This document shows positions 60,453 through 64,000 of a stretch of DNA of 64,000 nucleotides, piece by piece (the stretch's first letter is position 1; each line of letters opens with the position of its first letter). Position numbers and translations under genes: made by a program. The notes beneath the pieces were generated by a model. That model was given only the letters and a program-made list of their open reading frames with translations. It was not told the origin of the DNA and searched no databases. This DNA is from an uncultured Oscillospiraceae bacterium (GTDB lineage: Bacteria; Bacillota; Clostridia; Oscillospirales; Oscillospiraceae). The stretch spans positions 16,508 to 80,507 of the forward strand of contig CAJUAC010000005.1 of assembly GCA_910583885.1 (NCBI GenBank), read 5' to 3'.

Positions 60453-60496
60453 ACGCACCGGCATCCCGTGCCAACAGGGGATGCCGGTGCGTTTTT
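60453..60496 (+). terminator. Intrinsic terminator after queA
   Basis: acgcaccggcatccc / gggatgccggtgcgt forms a 15-bp stem with a 9-10-nt loop, followed by ttttt. Confidence 0.8.
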
Positions 60497-60636
60497 GCAG
60501 GCCTATGGGTTTTTCTGCTGCTATGTGTATTTGCATAAAAACACTGGTCCTCAAAGGCGGAAGTTCCACCATAATGCCCATTCATGCGCTGTTTGAACCA
60601 GGATTTGAAAGAAAGTACCACATCCTTGGCAACCGG

Positions 60637-60665
60637 TTGACTTAAAAGAAAATATTCTTTACTAT
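60637..60665 (+). promoter_or_regulatory. Sigma-A-type promoter of the murQ operon (about 160-nt leader)
   Basis: TTGACT, a 17-nt spacer, then TACTAT. Confidence 0.5.
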
Positions 60666-60828
60666 AGAGCTGCAACTGATACCGCGCTGATCCGGCCTCC
60701 CAGACCCTGGAGGGCCGGGGAGCCACACATTTCAACAGCTTGGATCCCCGTCCATATGCATAACCGCTGCTCTGTGTTTTGCGGCGCTGGTGCTTGGGGA
60801 TCCAGACAGGGAAAGGAGAAATTGCATT

Positions 60829-61725
60829 GTGGAAATTAACTTAGACAAAATGACGACAGAAACCCGCAACCCGGACACCATGGAGCTGGACCGTATGAGC
60901 CCCTTGGAGGTCGTCACCGCCATGAACCGGGAGGACGCCAAGGTCCCTGCGGCTATCGCGCCTGTGCTGCCCCAAATCGCCAATGTGGTAGAGTGGGCGA
61001 TTGCCTCCCTGGAGGCTGGCGGCCGCGTGTTTTACATGGGCGCGGGCACCAGCGGCCGTCTGGGCGTGCTGGACGCGGCGGAGTGCCCCCCCACCTTCGG
61101 CGTCTCCCCGGACCGGATGGTTGGCCTGATTGCCGGCGGCGACCAGGCATTCCTCAAGGCCGTAGAGGGTGCGGAGGATAGCCGCGAGATGGGCCGGGAG
61201 GATCTGGTGAAAAATGGCCTGGAGAGCCGGGATCTGGTCATTGGCATCGCCGCCAGCGGCCGTACCCCCTATGTCCTGGGCGCTTTGGCCTACGCCAAGG
61301 AGGTGGGATGCCATACCGCTGCCATCTCCTGCAACGCGGGCTCTGAGATCGGCAAGGCTGCCGATCTGGCTGTAGAGGTCGTGGTAGGGCCTGAGGTTCT
61401 CACCGGCTCCACCCGCCTGAAGGCCGGCACTGCCCAGAAGCTGGTCCTCAATATGATCTCTACCGCCTCTATGGTGGGCGTAGGGAAGGCCTACCAGAAC
61501 CTGATGGTAGATGTGATGCAGACCAATGAGAAGCTGCACCGCCGGGCGGAGAAGATTGTCATGGAGGCTACTGGCGTGGACCAGGCGGCTGCCCGGGAGA
61601 AGATCACCGCCGCAGGCGGCAGCGTCAAGGCCGCCATCACCATGATCCTGGCAAACTGCGGCGCAGAGGAAGCTGCCGCCCGTCTGGAGAAGGCCAGGGG
61701 ACACGTGCGGGAGGCCATCCAGTAA
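60829..61725 (+). CDS. murQ: N-acetylmuramic acid 6-phosphate etherase (SIS domain)
   Basis: LDKMTTETRNP.T..LD.MS.LE....MN.ED..V, GAGTSGRLGVLDA.ECPPTFG, and GSTRLKAGTAQK..LNM.ST. The start is GTG at 60829 or ATG at 60850. Confidence 0.9.
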   Translation: MEINLDKMTTETRNPDTMELDRMSPLEVVTAMNREDAKVPAAIAPVLPQIANVVEWAIASLEAGGRVFYMGAGTSGRLGVLDAAECPPTFGVSPDRMVGLIAGGDQAFLKAVEGAEDSREMGREDLVKNGLESRDLVIGIAASGRTPYVLGALAYAKEVGCHTAAISCNAGSEIGKAADLAVEVVVGPEVLTGSTRLKAGTAQKLVLNMISTASMVGVGKAYQNLMVDVMQTNEKLHRRAEKIVMEATGVDQAAAREKITAAGGSVKAAITMILANCGAEEAAARLEKARGHVREAIQ

Positions 61726-61843
61726 AGCCCCTGGGCTCCCTATCAGTATCAGCGCAAAATGGCGCGCGCCATTTTGCTGCCCCATCCTGGGGCAGCGGTA
61801 TCCCATATGTCAGTGTGTTTGATTGTAAAATTGGAGGTAAAAC

Positions 61844-63268
61844 ATGACGAACCAAGAGTTATCCCGCAAAATCCTGGAGCTGGTCGGCGGTAAGAGCAAC
61901 GTCGTCAGCGCCGCCAACTGCATGACCCGCCTGCGCGTCCAGCTGAAGGACAACTCCAAGGTAAAGATCGCCCAGCTGAAGGCCACCGAGGGTGTGCTGG
62001 GTGTCGTGGAGGACACCACCCTCCAGGTGATCCTGGGGCCCGGCAAGGCGAAGAAGGTCTGCGACCTGTTTGTGGTGGACGCAGGCGTCCAGAACGGCAT
62101 GAGCACCGGCAACGATTGGCAGGCCAATAAGGCCGCTATGAAGGCCGGCCAGAAGGACAGCCCCCTCAAGCAGGGCCTGCGCACCATTGCCAATATCTTT
62201 ATCCCCATGATCCCTGCGGTGATCGCCGCCGGCCTCTTCAACGGCCTGGCAAGTCTCATGGGCCAGCTGTTCCCCGAGGCCATTGCTTCCGGCAAGGGCG
62301 TCCTCTTCATTATCCAGACCCTGTTCAGCCTCTTCGGCGCCTCCTTCCTGGGCTACTTCGCTATCTACACCGGCATCAACGCGGCCAAGGAATTCGGCGC
62401 GACCCCGGCCCTGGGCGGTATGATCGGCGGTATCTCCATCGGCTCCCAGATCGTGACCATCTCCACGCTGCTGGGCCTGTACAACGCGGATGTGCCCCTG
62501 AACTCCATCCTGACCACCGGCAAGGGCGGTATCATCGGCGTCATCATTGGCGTGTGGATCCTCTCCAAGGTGGAGAAGGCCCTGCGCAAGGTGATCCCCG
62601 ACGTGCTGGATCTGATCCTCACCCCCCTGCTGAGCATGATCGTGGTGGGTGTGGTCTACGTATTCGTCCTCATGCCTGTCACCGGTTTCATCTCCGACAT
62701 CCTGGTAGGCGCCCTCAGCCTGCTCATCAATTCCTCTAATCCCGTGATCAGCATCATCTCCGGCTATGTCATGAGCGCGGTCTTCCTGCCCATGGTTCTG
62801 CTGGGCCTGCACCACGGCCTGATCCCCATCTACGCGGTGCAGCTGGAGACTCTCGGCGGCGTGACCCTGTTCCCCTGCCTGGCTATGGCAGGTGCAGGCC
62901 AGGTGGGCGCAGCCCTGGCGATCTACCTGAAGGCCCGCCAGGTGAAGAACCTGCGGATGCAGCAGACCATTATCGGCGCACTGCCTGCTGGTGTGCTGGG
63001 TGTAGGTGAGCCTCTGATCTACGGCGTAACGCTTCCCATGGGCAAGCCCTTCGTCACCGCTGGCCTGGGTGCCGGCTTCGGCGGCGCGTTCGTGATGCTC
63101 ATGCACGTGCAGGCGATTGCCTGGGGTCCCTCCGGACTGGTGGCGATCCCCCTGATGAAGACGCCCTCTATGATGCTCTATTTCTTCCTGGGCATCGTCA
63201 TCGCTTACATCATGGGCTTCATCATCACCTGGTTCGGCATCAAGGCCGAGGATGTTGCCAATGTCTGA
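61844..63268 (+). CDS. murP: PTS EIIBC component, MurNAc-specific type
   Basis: EIIB motif NCMTRLR at the N-terminus, followed by about 10 TM segments of an EIIC glucose-superfamily domain. Lies in a murQ context. Confidence 0.85.
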   Translation: MTNQELSRKILELVGGKSNVVSAANCMTRLRVQLKDNSKVKIAQLKATEGVLGVVEDTTLQVILGPGKAKKVCDLFVVDAGVQNGMSTGNDWQANKAAMKAGQKDSPLKQGLRTIANIFIPMIPAVIAAGLFNGLASLMGQLFPEAIASGKGVLFIIQTLFSLFGASFLGYFAIYTGINAAKEFGATPALGGMIGGISIGSQIVTISTLLGLYNADVPLNSILTTGKGGIIGVIIGVWILSKVEKALRKVIPDVLDLILTPLLSMIVVGVVYVFVLMPVTGFISDILVGALSLLINSSNPVISIISGYVMSAVFLPMVLLGLHHGLIPIYAVQLETLGGVTLFPCLAMAGAGQVGAALAIYLKARQVKNLRMQQTIIGALPAGVLGVGEPLIYGVTLPMGKPFVTAGLGAGFGGAFVMLMHVQAIAWGPSGLVAIPLMKTPSMMLYFFLGIVIAYIMGFIITWFGIKAEDVANV

Positions 63269-64000
63269 TCTTTTAGGCTATTCTGTCTACCTCTCCACCT
63301 TTGACACCCAGCAGCCCATGCTGGAGCGCTCCGCTGGGACGGATGCGCCGGTCTTCCTCTCTCTGCACATCAGCGAGGAGTTCGGGCCGGACTACTGTGC
63401 CCGGGCTGAGGCGGTCTGCCACTGGCTGGCCGGGGCCGGATACCGGATCATTGCGGACGTATCCGTTAAGACAGTCGCCCAGTTTGGCGAGCCGGACCTG
63501 GTCCGGCTCGCCAAGCGGCTGCATGTGTGGGCGCTGCGGATTGATTACGGTTTCTCAGAGGAGGAGACTGCTGCCCTGGCCGCGCAGATGCCAATTGTCC
63601 TCAATGCCTCTACCACCATGCCGGAGGCGGGGGCCAGGATTGCTGCGGCTGGTAAGCTGGTCATGGCAATGCATAATTTCTATCCCAGGCCGGAAACTGG
63701 GCTGGACAGTGCATTCCTGCTGGAGAGTACCCGTACCCTCCAGCAGGCAGGGCTGAAGGTTCTGGCATTCCTGCCTGGGGACCGTGCCCTGCGGGGGCCC
63801 ATCCAAGCGGGACTGCCGACTTTGGAGGAGCACCGGGGCCAGCTCCCCTCTGCCTGCTATGCGGATCTAGCCCTGCGCTTCGGCATGGACGGCATCTTTT
63901 TAGGCGACCCGGAGCTGAGCGAAGAGGAGCAGGAGCGCATCCGGCGCTTCCAGGAGGAGGGCATACTGAGCATCCCCGCCCGCCTGGAGCATGGCCGGGA
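63261..64000 (+). CDS. mupG: DUF871/MupG-family 6-phospho-N-acetylmuramidase (partial; runs off the window)
   Basis: MSDLLGYSVYLS...FLSLHI.EE...., and MHNFYPRPETGL is the DUF871 hallmark. The ATG overlaps the murP stop (aATGtcTGA). The frame is open to position 64000 and is not in the ORF track because it has no stop. Confidence 0.8.
   Translation, partial: MSDLLGYSVYLSTFDTQQPMLERSAGTDAPVFLSLHISEEFGPDYCARAEAVCHWLAGAGYRIIADVSVKTVAQFGEPDLVRLAKRLHVWALRIDYGFSEEETAALAAQMPIVLNASTTMPEAGARIAAAGKLVMAMHNFYPRPETGLDSAFLLESTRTLQQAGLKVLAFLPGDRALRGPIQAGLPTLEEHRGQLPSACYADLALRFGMDGIFLGDPELSEEEQERIRRFQEEGILSIPARLEHGR

Noticed and set aside
60453-60496. Possible repeat family: the terminator stems at 60453-60496 and 48686-48715 share GGCATCCC...CAACAG...GGGGATGCC
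   Set aside because: Only two copies occur in the window and the flanks differ. The similarity may be chance between GC-rich terminators, so it is recorded but not called as a repeat element.
1-64000. CRISPR arrays, tRNA/rRNA genes, transposases, integrases and known defence modules (RT, CD-NTase, Cas, restriction-modification, toxin-antitoxin pairs)
   Set aside because: No regularly spaced direct repeats, tRNA-like T-arm sequences, DDE or tyrosine-recombinase motifs, or defence-signature proteins were found by eye on either strand. The only mobile-element trace is the parA remnant.

Overview
This is a 64-kb chromosomal segment from a high-GC, anaerobic, spore-forming Firmicute. I infer a Clostridia/Oscillospiraceae-like organism from nrdDG, iorAB, SpoIID, the smc-ftsY pair and the yhbY-nadD-yqeK-LCP-rsfS gene order. 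No rRNA, tRNA, CRISPR array or intact mobile element was seen.

Gene blocks in order:
- (1) 169-7663: an Opp/Dpp-type ABC importer (2 permeases, 2 ATPases) co-transcribed with an unknown 526-aa protein, an Asp-box beta-propeller hydrolase-like protein and a YhcH/DUF386 protein.
- (2) 7664-9215: a mobile-element scar (frameshifted parA) and an orphan, promoter- and terminator-bounded 198-aa gene.
- (3) ppiB and smpB.
- (4) 11093-26363: a 15-gene, co-directional, ABC-exporter-dependent glycopolymer locus. It contains a complete GDP-heptose pathway (gmhA, hddA, gmhB, hddC) with 6-deoxyheptose-type tailoring (two SDRs and a cupin). It also has one GT2, an AT-rich O-acyltransferase, and unusual HAD and unknown-domain modules, including a 1266-aa HAD-X-GT fusion.
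- (5) An M42 peptidase, a creatininase-family protein and an internally deleted SBP pseudogene.
- (6) iorAB with a long leader.
- (7) An AT-rich RibD_C/DHFR-like islet.
- (8) A Gx-transporter/NusG_II pair, DUF1113, and a YtrA-type GntR-ABC operon.
- (9) smc, ftsY, rph, rdgB, yhbY, a nadD::yqeK fusion, two LCP ligases with Pro-rich tails, and rsfS.
- (10) feoA, an amidase, nrdDG with NrdR boxes, and an orphan oadG-like gene.
- (11) A C_GCAxxG-GGDEF(degenerate)-EAL protein, a patatin-like protein, asd, a SpoIID-domain protein and queA.
- (12) murQ, murP and mupG (MurNAc salvage; mupG runs off the window).

The best candidate for an undescribed system is the heptose glycopolymer locus with its duplicated split and fused HAD/X modules.

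All calls come from reading the translations and the DNA; no database search was run. Start codons were chosen by RBS and context and may be off by a few codons. The many long antisense ORFs in the track are GC-driven shadows.
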